Source: Daphnia carinata (taxonomy: Eukaryota). Taken from it: DNA of 64,000 bases. Shown here piece by piece: positions 1-14,077 of this stretch. The stretch lies in the NCBI RefSeq assembly GCF_022539665.2, contig NC_081331.1, forward strand, positions 4,030,001 through 4,094,000. Direction: 5' to 3'. Each line of letters begins with the position of its first letter. Positions within the stretch are counted from its first letter, which is position 1. The notes beneath the pieces were generated by a model, which made no database searches, was not told the DNA's origin, and worked only from the letters and a program-made list of their open reading frames with translations. The position numbers and the translations under genes are program-made.

Positions 1-3000
1 GACGGCGGTATACATATAAATGCTCTTGATCCCAAACTGCTCGTTAGTCTTTTTGTGTGAACGTTGTGATTCGTTTACAGGCTAGATTTTTTTTTTTTTT
101 ATTTTCGTTTAATTATTTCCCGGAAAAAAAATGGGATCAAAAATCACTAATGCAATCATCCTGTATTCTGATTAAATTTTCAATGAAAAAAAAAAGAGGA
201 CAGATCAATAATAAAAAAAAGAGGGGAGGCTCCTTTTTTTATTATCGGGCGTAATTTGTAAGTAATAACAAGTGTCGTGCTATATGAGCGATGGAGTCCG
301 CCCCGCATCGATCCGTCCCCTTTTATTAGATCCCTGCTGTTCCATTCCATGTGTGTATGTTGAATCGATGGCGGTCTGAAGAAGACCGCTGTTCTCAACA
401 ACGACGTGAGGATGAAACATAAAAAAAAAGGGGGGGGAAAGAATTATCATTATTATTATTTTGGAGACCTTTTCTCTTCAAAGTAAGAAAAATTCTTGCT
501 GCTGCTCTTCTTGTCTTTTCATTTGGCACACACGAAATGATCAAGAGAGTGATGGCTATTGCGTGCCCGTTATCGCTGAGAGAATGGTGTGGGGGGATCT
601 TTTTGTGTGTGCCAAAAAGGAACGAAGCATCACGCGTTCATTATGTCACTCCCGCTGCTCTCTCTCTGCACGCACCAGCTCCATCATTGAGCTCCTCTGT
701 TTGCCGACTCGGCGTTTTCTTTTTTTTTTTTTCTCCCTACACCATCAAGTTTTCTTCTTTGAGCGATCGTATTGATCCCGTTCCAGTTAGAGATACTAGT
801 AGTTATACAATGTACGCAGTGAGGAATCGCTTCATCTTCTTTCGTGCCGAAGAGGGGGGGGGGAACGGTTCAACATCGTACGCACTTAGCGAACAAAAAG
901 TTCCATTTTTGACTATTTCCACTTGAGAAAAGAAAAAATCAAATTGCGATGCTATCTTTAATACGTGGAAGATGGCTTCATCATCGGCGCCGACGCATGA
1001 AATATCTTCTTTTTTTTTCCCTCCGTTTGTTTATGACTCTTTTTCCCGTATAATATTTTTTTGTAGGTCTTGTTCTTTTCAAACCGTGATAAGACATTGA
1101 CTAAAGAGTGGCATCATCATGCGCCCTCCTGTGGTGGGTACCGTTTCTATTGAACCCTCTCAGTCCAACCCCGACAGACGCTCTGACAATAGGCTTTCTA
1201 CTCTGTTAGATGATGTCTGAGTGTGTGTGCTCAGCATTTTGAAAAAAAAAAAAAAAAAGAGCGTAAAGAAACAATGGCCGACCTCGAACTTTTTTTTTTT
1301 CCCGTTCATTAATGGGGAGTCCCAGCACCAAAAACATCTTTTGCGTGTGTATCTTCTTTTTGATGCGATAACTTTCCACCAACACGCTAATGATGATTCG
1401 GCCTCCGTGACGTACTCCGGTCGTGACGGAGGAGAAGAGAATGAAAAGACTTAAGGGACAAACACCTGCGATTTACCTGGCATGAATACGTAACTATTTT
1501 TTCTTTTTTTTGTTTTTCTTATTTGCCGACGCACAATGATCTTGCGCGGAGGGTCGACAATGGATTGACGGTCGTGCAAGTCTCGACCTAGTAGGAAAGA
1601 AAAACAACAACATATTTTTTTCTTTTGGCTTGGAGTTATGACATGAGAATGCCATGATTATCAATGTGTAGAACTTAGTTCGTAGAGTCTTTCTTTCTTT
1701 ACTTGTTATTTGTGGGTTGGTAACAACACCCGGGCGGATGTTATGAGGTGGGGAGGTAGTTGGGTTTTTTCCTTTTTTTTTTTTTTTTTTTTTTCTTCCG
1801 ATGGTAATGAGATTCTCTCTTGCGGGGCTCGTGATGGTTGCAGTGTGAACGACCAGATCACCAATTCTGCGCACGTTTCTCTCGTCATGAGCCATCGTCG
1901 CGGCTAGCATTTTTTTTTGTCAAATTATTTATTATTCCAATGGGGAAGGGAGGAGTGAGGGCGAAAGGCGAGTGCATGTGATTGAAAAACTATTCCTCCT
2001 TCTCTTCTTTCTCGACTCCTTCCCACCTTTTGCGTTTTAGCATTCAACTTCCACGCCATCTCGTTTTACAATCCCTCGCGTGTTTTCTTTTTCTTCTTAG
2101 AACACATTCTTTTATTTTTCTATGGTTTTTTTTTTTCTCTCGCTCTCTGACGTACTGGTAAGAAAAGAAGAATTAAAAAAGCACAGCTGTTGTATACTCC
2201 CCCCCTTTCTGCTTGAACATTCTAAGAGAAATTTGAACCTTTTTTTTTTCTTTAACAACTCTTTCTGGCGTTTCAACACAAATAAAAACCCACATTTTCT
2301 TCATCCGGAGTAGCAGTAACTTTTTGACGTGTTGAATAAGGGATTTTCATTTTTTTTTTTTTTTTTTTTTTTTAACTTTTGAATTCGAGATAATGCTAAT
2401 GGAAAAACAATGAAAATTTTTGTTTTGTTTTGTTTTTTACTTCTCGGATTGTTCTTTTCCTACAGTAGTGGGAGGAATAATTCAGAGAAATGTGTTAACG
2501 GTGGGCAGATGGGAGCGCACGAGCGAACCTGTTCAGCGTCCAGGTGTTGTGGCGAAGAATCTCTATAGGCGTAGAGCAAAGTCATGGGTTCGAACTTATC
2601 GCATCCGGCCAGCTGGAAGAATAAAAAAAAACTTTTTTTTTTTTTTTTTTAAAGGGACACACATCCGTTTCTTGTTTTTCTTGTAGTCCCTTAACACACT
2701 GTGGGTACGTCGTATTTGTTTTAGAGGGTTAAACAACATGTTCGTGACCTGAAGCGAAAGCTTCCGCGTTGGCATCGATTGACACCCGATCGTCATTTTT
2801 TCTTTTCTCAGAACGGATGGAAAACAAAAGAGGGGGGGGGAAGGATTGTACGAGAGTGACATAAACGTCGTTCTCGTGTTAAAAATCCTAAAATGGTAGA
2901 GAACGGGGAAATCTAGAGAGAGAAAAAAATAATTAAGGTGATACACGTGCAACTTTCCACTTGAGCGATCGCCGATTCGCGGTGGCTATGAATTATGCAG

Positions 3001-6000
3001 TATCGGTTTTGATTGCGTCAATGTCTTAAAAGAATGATGAACCCGAAGAAAACGGTATTTTTTTTCATGGGGATAAGCAGCACCCATTCGTTACGCGCAA
3101 TGTCTTGAAACCCCATTTCTTTTTTCTTTTTTCCTGTGAAAGAGATTGCAACATTTTGTTGGCTTTGAGGCAGCAGAGAGAGAGTTTGCAGTCTGTATCA
3201 TTTTCTAAATAAAAAAAAAAAAAGCTCTTTCGATTGTGTGTCAAGGTAGAATGCGAAAACAACCTCTCTTTTTCCTTTTCTTTGTTTCGTTATTCTTGAA
3301 ATCCTCTCCCATCTCATGCCGGCAATTCGGTCAAGCTCTAACGAATCTATTTGATGGCCGTAAAATAAGTGAAAGAAACACACGCAAGGTCGCACCTTCT
3401 TATCTTTTTATTTTATTACTCGGCTATTAGCGCACAGAAACATTTTCCTCTATTGATTATCACCTTTGCGTTGTTTGCAAGATGCCAAAAAGGTAAGGTG
3501 TGTGAGCGCGCGTGTAACGGCACTCTCGGGCAGCAGCAGCAGGTCTCTCACTCTCTTAAAAAAGAGAGAGAGAGAGAACTGTGCGGAATGATGGATGAGG
3601 TGACGGGGCTCGCGCGCGCGCCAGCGGGTACCGTACAAGACAGGGACGCCTTCGCTAATTCGACTTTGCCGCTGTAGCAGCAGACTGGATGTCTGTTTTT
3701 CTTTCTTACCGCCGCCATTCTGATGATTGCGTCTAGCATGTGAGAGGAGCGGGGGGGGGGGGGGAGGCCATCTGCTATAGAAGCAGCCGACTGAACGTTT
3801 GGCAGCAGCAGATGGTACAGTTGAAGCAACACATTTTTACTTTCGATACCCCTCGTCAACCCCACCACTTCATCGTGTGTGTGCGTTCGCTAGTGGGCGT
3901 GGCTTTATAATGCATATGTCTCTATGGAGTATTAGATTCAATTTTATATCCATCGGAGGACGACTGGAGATTGTGTCTATTGATTTCCTCCTCCTGCGCT
4001 ATAAAAGAATGAGGGAAAAAAAAGAAAGAATTAAAAGCACAAAAAAAAAGGAATTACATTTGGGGAATGTGTAGGTAATCAACTCTGTATAGCTGCTGCA
4101 TCAGTGCGCATCCGCAGTAAACTAAAAGCTAAAAAAAAAAAGAGGGAAAAAATAAAAAGGCGTTAGTCACGCACGGCCGAATAACTTCCATTCCGTTCGT
4201 TTCCCATTCCTCTTTTGTTTGGAACCTACATAACATGATTGACCGGTCAAAACAACACGACAAACAATAGAGAATTTTTTTTTTGTTGATGACATTTAAG
4301 TTTTTCTATTCACGTTTTTTTGTTTTCATTTTTGAAAACATTATTGACCTCCACGCATTAAAATCCGAAAATCTCGTAAAATATTATTTAAAAATAAAAA
4401 ATGGAGTAAAAAGAATAAAGGTGTTTTGTGCGATGCCGCCACATCATATCCGGTGTCACTCGTGTCATGTCATACTTACGGCAACTCGCCATGTTTCCGT
4501 CGCGATGATGATGATTATTGTTGTTAACGAGTCACATACGCACTGCCGTCTGTGTCACCTCCTCCACCCCACCTTCAAAGAACAAAAAATTCTGCGCTCG
4601 GCGTTCTAATAAAAATGATGATAATATTCAGGTCGGTTTTTTTTTTTTTTTTTTTTTTTTTTTCGAAAATTGCTCTGTATGATGATGATTACTATTCCGG
4701 TCTTTTATTCTCATGTCTGCTGATTTCGTTCCATTTTATTTTGCTTTTTCTTTCTGTCCCCCCGAAAAAATAATGATGTCCTTTTCGTGTATGTGTGCCA
4801 TTTGAAACGGAAGACTAAATTCTGGCCAATAGTAGCCGGAGAACATATTTTTGAAAAAAAAAAAAAAAAAAGCAGAGCGGAAACTATTCTCGCGTTTGGC
4901 GTGTTTTATTTTTTTTTTTTTTTAACGGAACGATTGTTATCCTCTGACAATTGTGCCGATAAACAGAAGCCGCAAATACTTTTTAAGTTTGCACGGCTTT
5001 TAACATTTTTTTTTTTTTTTTTGTTCCTTTCCGTACCCGAAGTAAATGAGTTTGAAACTATTTGATGCTTGACCCGTTGAAAGTCCAGTAGTGTCCCAGC
5101 TTTGAACGACCTCAAGAAAAGAATGGGTTTAATGACCTTCAACTTGGGAGTTTCTTTGCGTTCTCGCTCTATCGGTTAAAAAGAAGAAGAAGAAAAAAAA
5201 GGGGTGTGTGGCTGTGTGTGCGCCCGCTCACCGTATATTTACACAGCCGTATGCAGCAACGCCCTTAACTTTCTTCTCTTACCTTTCAACGCTTTATATT
5301 TGTTTTTTTGGGTTTTTTTTTTTCATCTTGGAATCGAGCCAGTAGGGAGGGAAAAAGATCACGAGAAACATACCCTTGGGCCATTTGTGTTCAACCGTTT
5401 TCCCCCCTACAACTCCTATTGAAGTTCCCGAACGTAGATTTCTCAGATAAAATTTCAACCTTTTTTCTTGTGTGTGTGTGTGTGTGTGTTAAAAAACTTG
5501 AGTTGTTTCAGAATTTATTGTCAATGGTGTTCCAACCATTGCCGATAGATGGCTGATGATCGCCGCGCCATCGGTCACGGGGGATTGCCTTCCATTTATC
5601 CTCGGGGTTTTGACAGCTGCGTTTGGCGTGATCTTGTTTTCGAAAATTTGCAATTCAATTAGATTGTGTTTTTAATGAGAAAAAGGAGGAGAATTTGGTA
5701 GTCATATGAATTGGCATTGAAGAGAAAGAAAGAGAGAGTTGTGATTTCGTTTTCGTTTGAAATTAACGACACGCAACGGCGAGACCGATGTGCGTCGCAA
5801 ATCATCCTGGTCCGGAGATTTCACGCCGTGTCGTTCGCTTATGTTTTTTTTTTGTTTTTTTTTAAGTATATCGAAAGGAAAAGAAAAGAAGAACGATTCT
5901 GCCGAATGCTGCAGGCGAATCGAGTAGAAATCGGAATTCCAATTAGTCGTTTTATATAATTACAAAAGGAAAACGGGTTCTGCTGTTCAAAGAGGGGATA

Positions 6001-9000
6001 CAAAAAAAAATCTGGGCTAACTTAAACTAACAATCGGTAATAAAAAGAACATCGGCGTTCTAGGTTGGGCTGCACTTGATCGCTCTCACAGACTCGATTA
6101 AACTGTACAATCTACGGGGTTTGATTGCTAGGGATTTTTCTCTTTCTTGAATTTCCACTTTTTTTTTGTTGTTGTTGTTGACATTCTCACGCACCGATGA
6201 CACGAACAAAGTACACGTTAATTTACGTCATTAGGTGGCCCGTGATTTTTTCCCGGTGCAGCTGAAAAAAAAACCACATCCGAATAAAATAAAAATAAAA
6301 AATGCCTTTTCTTTTCTCTAATCTTTCGGGGTTCCGTTATACTTGGAAATTCGGGTTGTGGAATATTTCAAATAGTATTTTACATAAATAATAGGGAATC
6401 ATCGGTAACAAAGAAAGAAATGCGGGAAATTTGAACTTGACACGCCCGCAGCTAGGAAGAAGAAGAAGAAAAAAAAAAAGCCCTGCGGGATGATTGTGGT
6501 TTTCACGGAAGATGAGGCAACAAAAGGAAAGATGCTGGACATGATTCTCACGGTGGTTATATGACGGCAAGTAGCAAATGCAGCAGCAACGATCTTTTTT
6601 TTGGGGGGGGGTCATATTTTTATTGGCATTCGTTCAACAATGTAAAGACATCGGGTCTTTTTTCTCGTTGTATCCACCCACATTTTTTTTTTTTTTTTAA
6701 TGACGCGTAAAACACCAGTCATGCCTTTTGCCACTTTCCTTTTTTAACGTATCTAGTGCCCCTCGTTTGGTTGCCTTAATTGAGACTCTTGTGTGTTTTC
6801 ATTTTTCTCACATTCATAGTGGCGTTTTGAAGGAAATATTGGATGGCGATCTTTGAAAGAAAAAGGGGCTTGGCAAATGACGTCATCATCACGTGTGTTT
6901 TTTTTTTGTTTTTTTTTTTTACGTTGGAAAACCGGAAGAAAATGAATGTGCGGCCGTTAATTTTTGGGTGTAGAAAGGGAGTCGGCGACTTTGTGTCACG
7001 AGAATAAACACAATTCCGTGTTTAATGTTCGAAGCAGTTCGGGCTGCCAGTTTGCTCTGTTAAAAAAAAAAAAAACCTTCAAGGTATTGGATGTAGCTAA
7101 AATAAATAGGAAAAAAAAACGGCATTAACTCCAGAAGCAATTCGACGATTTTAGTGGGTGGAAAAAAAAATAAAAAGAAGCAAGAAAAAAAAACTAAGTG
7201 CAATTGCCCGAAGGAAATAAGGAAAAAAAAAAAACAGACTTGGAAGATGGATGCGATCCCGCTCAGTCAGGTTACTATTTTTCTTGCACGACATACGAGA
7301 TCAGTGGAATTGTCCTTGTCGTCCATCTAAGGAAGAATTTTCTTGTTTTCTTTTGTATCGGAATATATCAAAATGCAGTAAATGGGCAAACCTCTGAGAC
7401 GAGCATCATCTGTAAAAAAGATATGGCGCATTGGAAGATCTGTGGGCCATTCATTAGAGTATCGCGTATCTCGCAGCAATTTCAAACTGCCATTTTTTTT
7501 TTTTTTCCCCTTCTATTTCTTTCCATCGCAATGGGAGGATAATCTCGTTTGATTGCTAAAGGACGTATAAAGAAAGAGAATCCCATCTTGTGTGGTTGCG
7601 TGTTTTTCTCTAGTTTTCGATTATAATTGGGCGACCAACTGCCGGTCGGCTACCGTGCAAGAGCGGGGTGAAAACCTTTTGAATACATCCCGCACGCAAT
7701 ATACTGATTCCCCCCTAAAAAAAAAAAAAAACATAATACAGAAAGAAGTATAAACGTTAAGTCCTTTTTTTTAGGGGGGGGGGGAGCGTAATCGGAGGTA
7801 GGACTTGTGAGTAGTAAAAAAGCGAATTGATCTGTCAAGAAAATTCCGTCTATCCAAACATGACGAACGAGTGGAAGAAAGTTGTGTCTTGTCATTGAAC
7901 ATTCAAAGGAGGGTAACACACAAGAGCCTCGAACTTGCCTCATCAGCTCACCTCTTCAATCTTCTTTTCACGGGTGTGTTTTCTCTTCAACTATTCTCGC
8001 CACCCTCTTCTCTCACTTCTTCCCAAATCGGAGAATGATTGACTTTTGCTCAAGAAGATGGTCGATATCCTCCCAGCTTTTTTTTTTTTTTTTTTTTTTG
8101 ATGCGTTTTCATCATCGTCTCTTCTACGATAAAAAAAAAAAAAAAAGAAAAGATTTCGATTGTCTTTTGTTGAAATCTGAAAAATCGACCTTGTAAGAAA
8201 ACAAATCTATCCTGTTGGTCATTTTGATTGACGCGTTGCGCTGAATATCGTTTCTTGTTCTCGTCGTTTTCCTGTTTTGCTTACTTTCAGAGATGCTCTG
8301 TCTCAACTTGGAATGGCGGCGGGAAACGTGTGTGTGTGACTCTGGTTGGCCTTCGGCTAACCATTTTGAGTTCGTGACGGCCCTATACGGTTCGGGACGA
8401 CACACAATAATAACAGCACCAGTCTATGGTCTTCTATATACTACACCGTTTGATTGATTTCCATTTTGCTGCATCCCAACAGTTTAATTTTTTTTTTTTT
8501 TTTTCCCCTTATTATTCTTCCTGGTGAGAAAACAAATGTGTTCACGTGTCGGGAATAGAGAAATTTTTTGTGTTCTTGTCGGGATAGGACGCTTGTTTAC
8601 ACGGCCCCATTTTTAATGGCGCATCATTATAGGCCCTTTAATAAAAAAAAAAAAAAAAAGGAACGATGACGAAGAAGAAAAAAAAAACAAATCTTGCTGC
8701 GTAGGGATACACACTTGGAGATTAAATTCTTTTAGACACTCAAAAACTGGTAAGATTCGAAAAAAGAAAACAAAACGAAGAAGGGCGTTTAAAAATGTCC
8801 AGCAAAATGTCTAGAGCCTGGAAGCTATTTTCACGTTTCTCTTTTATTTTTTTTGCTCTTTTCTTATCGTCTTTTTTTTTTTTTTTTTTTTTTTCTTTCT
8901 TCGGCACTCGGCGATGCACGGCTGTCCATGTGCAGAGAGCACAAGACAACATTAAGCATTCAGTGACGAGTAGTGGACGAAGAGGAGGTTCTTGTTGCTT

Positions 9001-11262
9001 CTTATTCTTCTTCGTTCGCGTGATGGCATCCCGCTCGTTCGTCTTGAGGGGCACGTTTTTTTTTTTTTAAATGGTGGGAGAGAAAGAGAACTTGAAAGAT
9101 GGCGAGTGTTCAGGTCTAGTCGACGTTGCCGCCCATCTGAGATTACAAGTTTTATTTTTTAAATCAAGAAGAAGACACAAAAAAAAACGGTACAGCAACG
9201 AGAATCCCCACAGAGATTGGATTCTTTTACATCGATCCAGCGCTTTGTCTTCAGCAACAAAAAAAAAAAAATGACGGCTATATAAGGAATAATCGTAGAA
9301 AAGCTCACTTTCTTTTGGGGATGCCATGATTTTCTTCTCTACACTTCACAACCTCTGTACCTTTTTTTAAAAATTATTTTTACTTACAAACGTTTAAAAC
9401 CTTCTTTTTTTTTTTGAATCTCTTTGGGCAGTTAAAATACTATTCAAACCATATATGGGTGGCTTGGTACCAATGATTTTCTCTTCTTTAAAGTGCTAAG
9501 GACCCAACACATTGATCTAAAGGGCCGAGCTTGGCGATATTTGCAGGGAGAGGTTTCTTTCTCCGTTTCTTTTTTTGTTTCTTGTTTTTTTGCCTTTTGT
9601 TTATTGGGTAGGAAGGGGTGATTGGTGGCGACGACTGTTTGGCCGCAGCCCAACCACAATCTGTTTTGAGGTTTTGCTGTTTTATTATTTTTTTTTTTAC
9701 GAAGAAAGAAAGGGGACAAGAGTGATGGTCGGAGATTTGCTTTATGGCCGCTTATTAAGACCGAGGACTTACCGTGCGCACCAATCAGTCGCAGCAGCAG
9801 CCATTTGTCCCGTCCACAGCTGTGGCCTCCATCGGCCACGCAAAATAATTTTTTGCTTTCTCTCTCTTTCTACCCGAAGAAGAAAAAATATTGTTGTCTA
9901 TTGAGTTTCGAATTTAACCTTACCATGTTTTTTTTTTGTTTTTTTTTTTGTTTTTTTATGGCCCGGGTTGGTCGCACTAGGGCCCTAGTAGCTTGTTACC
10001 AGAGAGAGATGCCATACGACACCCCAAGAATGAGAGCTAAAGTGAGAGAGAGACACACGTAGTGAAAGAGAACAAGTAGCAAAAAAAAAAAAAAAAACAC
10101 GGGACCGTTTCTTTTTTCTTTGTGTACGTGTTTGATTTTTTTTTTTTTTTTTTCCTTCGCGTTCTTTACGATTTTTAACCGAAAAGAACAGGGCGATAGG
10201 AGAGACCCTACAACCGAAATCCTTAACCAGCACCTTAACACACAGATGGATTTCACATTGTGGAAACCTGAACCTTCTTTTGCCAGACTTTCTCCCCCAT
10301 CTCGCACGTCAAAGTTATGTTCCTAGCAAAAAAAAAAAAAAAAAAAAGGGAGGCAAGAAAAAATATTTTAAAACTCGGGACAGGCTCAGAGTGAAGGGGG
10401 AGGAGGAACAAAAAAAAACGGGCCTGCTGTGGTAGATCACGCTCCATCTATCCAGCTGGGTTGTGTTTCTCTTTGAAACATGACGGCATTCCCCGGGAAT
10501 CTTTTGAATTTTCTAGTTCCGGATGGTACGATGGGGAAAAAAAAATCTAGATCTTTTGGAGGTTGAAGATGGAATGCGACTCTTGTGCCGACAACGCATC
10601 TTTTTTTTTCCCCTTATTCTGAAAGAAAACGTTTTAGTTTCGGGAAAAAAAAGGAAGGCTCCCAAGTCTCCTGCCGTTCGGTCGGTCGGAAATAATCTGC
10701 GGAACGAGATGGCCAGCCGGATCTGATAGATTGCGCTTCAAACGATCGTAAAATAACGTGAAGAATCTCCTCTATACCAACCGTGCTGTTAGCAGTCGTT
10801 CCATGCCCCTCTCTCTCTCTCTCTCTCGTTTACCTTTATTTTATTTTTATTTTCTTCTGGGGAGGATAAGTTTTTTTTTTTAACGTTTATTTTCCCAAAA
10901 GTACGAATACATTATACGAGACTATGGGATACCAAACAGAGTCTACGGCAGGGAGAGAGTAGGGAGCCGCCGGGAGCGTCTGTTTTATGATTACATTTTC
11001 GAGAGATGTTTGAGAGAGAAACACAGACATATACACACATGGCTTGTAGATGGCTCCGCCCCACCTGGAACAATCAGAAAAAGAAAAAAAAAAAAAAGAA
11101 CTTCCCTTTTTTAGGAGAATGTGTGTCTGCAGTAGCGCCATTCCTCTTCTTTTTATCTCTACTCTTACGTTGTTGGGTCTCAGTCTCGATTGGCTATTCC
11201 TCGTAGGTGGATGTTGTGAGAGTGCTGTTGTTTTTTTTAGTTTCTTTTATCTATGGTTCGTC

Positions 11263-13036
11263 ATGGAAGTGTTGAACGGTTCGAGGCAAAGGCCGAAAAA
11301 AGAGCAACGCATCCACCACAAATCGGAACCGGGCAGTCCAGCTCAGGTCAAGTGTCTGTCGTCGACGTATCGCAGTTTCCGCGACAGCGACGTTAGTCTG
11401 CAATCGTTCCATTTGGCTGGCGATACGGCCATTAGTGGACTATCTCACAAGTCGCTCACGTTGACAGACATCCCTGAGTGGACTCGGCGTGAAAATACGC
11501 TGGACCACAACAGAAATAACAGCAGCAAATCGATTGACACATTACATCGATCCCTATCGTCTATTTTGTCGACACACGAGTGCAAGTCGGACAGATCCGA
11601 GATAGCCGACCAGGGTTTGTTATCTTGCTGCTCACCGGAGCCACCGGCCGGATGGCCCCTGGTTCATCGTTGCCTACGCACTCTGAGTCACGCTCATTGG
11701 TTTCAACACTGGCGTAAGTCATCTTTAAGAAAATTTTTTCTTTGAGGGGCACGAACAAATGACATCCGTTTTAGGAAGACGTTTGACAAATTCGGGAATG
11801 CCTTTTTTTTCGGGGAAAAAAAAAATGAGAAATTTGCATTCGGATTGCGTGAGTGCAGCCTCTACTGTTGTGGAAATTAAATACAATTATATTTATCGGC
11901 TTGAATGGGGAGGATGCGAGAGGTCTTCAATTTAAATTGAAAATTCACAGGAAAAACAAAAAGGATAAAGATGGAATCGGTCGACCTGTTTTCCATTCTT
12001 TGGAGCTCTCCATTTTTTTTTTCCAAGAGCGCAGGCCTGAGAGTGTGTCTCGTAATGAGAGAGGTGAAACAAGTTTCCTTAAAACAAAAAACAAAAAAAA
12101 AACGAACCAGTAGGTGGGCTGGTTCTTTCTGCTGATGGCCGATCCAGTAGTCGGAAATGCGACGCGCCTACCTTCGGCAATTGAACTCCGTGATTCGAAC
12201 TTTTGAACTCCTCAATCATATATTCATATCCTTTTTGGGGGCGGGAGGAGAGATATAACCGGTTGTGTGTCTTGTGGGAAGAACAGACGCGTCTAACATC
12301 GGGATGATGTGAATTTTTTTTTTTCTCTCCTCCTCTTCGTCTATGAACTTTTTTGGATTTTAAAAGAACAAAAATCTTTATTTGATTTTATATTTTATTA
12401 TTGTTTTGTTTCTTCCCATTCGCCCGCCGTCATTTCATTTGAATTATGCTAATGAGCGCACGCGAGAGAGCTTGTCTTACCCGACGGCTCCGCATTGTTC
12501 CCGCAATCCCGATCGTAAAGAAAAGATCAAGAACAACACAAGTGAGAAGGGGGGAGGGAAATCTACCGGTACCTTTTGGCAGCTGCTGTTGTTTGCAAAA
12601 GTAAAACGGTTTTTTTTTCTGTTAAAAAAAAAAAAATACCCTCTTACTCAAGACGACCTTGCCCGTGTTGTCGACTTGTATGCGACTCCTCCCAAAAGAA
12701 GTTGGCGTAATACAAGCCAAAGGGCGATATCAAAATAAACACATAAAAAGTTTGGGTTTTCCTTTTAAACGTCGACAATGTTCTTTGGCAATACCCTCGA
12801 GCCATCGCAAGTTTTTTTTTTTTCCCCCTTCCCGCGTGATTTTGAGAAGAGAAATCCTGCTGGAAGACAGAACTTTTTTTTTTTTTTTTTTTTGCCCCCA
12901 CTCTGCACAAGTAAAAGTTTTTGAAAATAATCCATTTTACATAAGCGCAGTTTGTGTGTAGTTGTGGGGTTTAGATTTACAGTATTCTCCTTTATCGCGT
13001 CGAGACACAAAGTCCCTCCAAAGTCATTATCCAACT

Positions 13037-13068
<32 letters not shown>

Positions 13069-14045
13069 TCCTTATTTATTCTACGCATATGGTTTGGTTT
13101 TTTTTTTTTTTTTTACCATGGCTTATATCCCTACCGTGTTTCTTTCTTTTCTTTTTCTTTAAAACGTGTATACATAATCATCTGCGAATGCGCGAGATGA
13201 TGTGCCGATTGTGATATGACGAATGGGACTTTAAGCGTTGTTGACTTTTGTACGCACAAACGTGGAACTTTAGGAGAACGAAAAGAGCGATGGCTGATAG
13301 TCTTTTTTTTATTTTAACGATCCTCGCTTATCGCTTGAGCAAATGTCAAATACGTTTTTGGAGAGATTGTCTCATACATTTTTTTTTTTTCGTGATGGTG
13401 CCAGGTTGTTGTTGGACGTTGCCATGCGGCGACTTCGCCCTTTTTATGTCTTGTGTGTGACTCCGTCTTTCCATTTTTAAAAAAATCTTGCGTAGTTTTT
13501 ATCGCGTCTCATATCTCGAGTGGAGACAACTGCGTTTCTCGTGTTAGGAGATGAATCGCTTACAGAAGAGTGACCGCATTTTCATTTTCAACGTCAACTC
13601 GAAAACAGCGTTATGTTATCGATTGAAACCTGAAATGTGAACATTGTTTTTTCTTTTCTTCTTCTCTTGTGTCATTTCTAGTGAGCGGTTTGAGTCAACG
13701 AAGCTTGCGCGTGTGTCAAGCCAAACGAGTGGCACCGCCTATTGTGCCGGAATCGGCGACAGCAACTTCGGCAGCCGGACAACAACAACAACATCGTCAT
13801 TCAGGATCGAGTTTCGATTCGGGCGGCTCGGCTGAATCGTCGTCGGGCGGCTACTGTTCGGGCACGGGGAGCTTGTCGAGCTGTCACGCTCCTTCGTCGT
13901 CGGCCTGGAGTCAAGCGGGCAGCGATCAGCGCAGCTCGATTGGTTTGGACGACGCCTTTTTGCCGCCTCCGCCCTCGTCGCCAGCCGCAAACACCGTCGC
14001 CAACAAACATCACCACATGTACAATCGAGGTAAACAACGTCTGGG

Positions 14046-14077
<32 letters not shown>

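Noticed and set aside
1..11000. Dozens of 60-130 aa ORFs rich in F and K
   Set aside because: They are translations of poly-T/poly-A tracts with no domains or consistent splice structure; the region is treated as intron or intergenic DNA.
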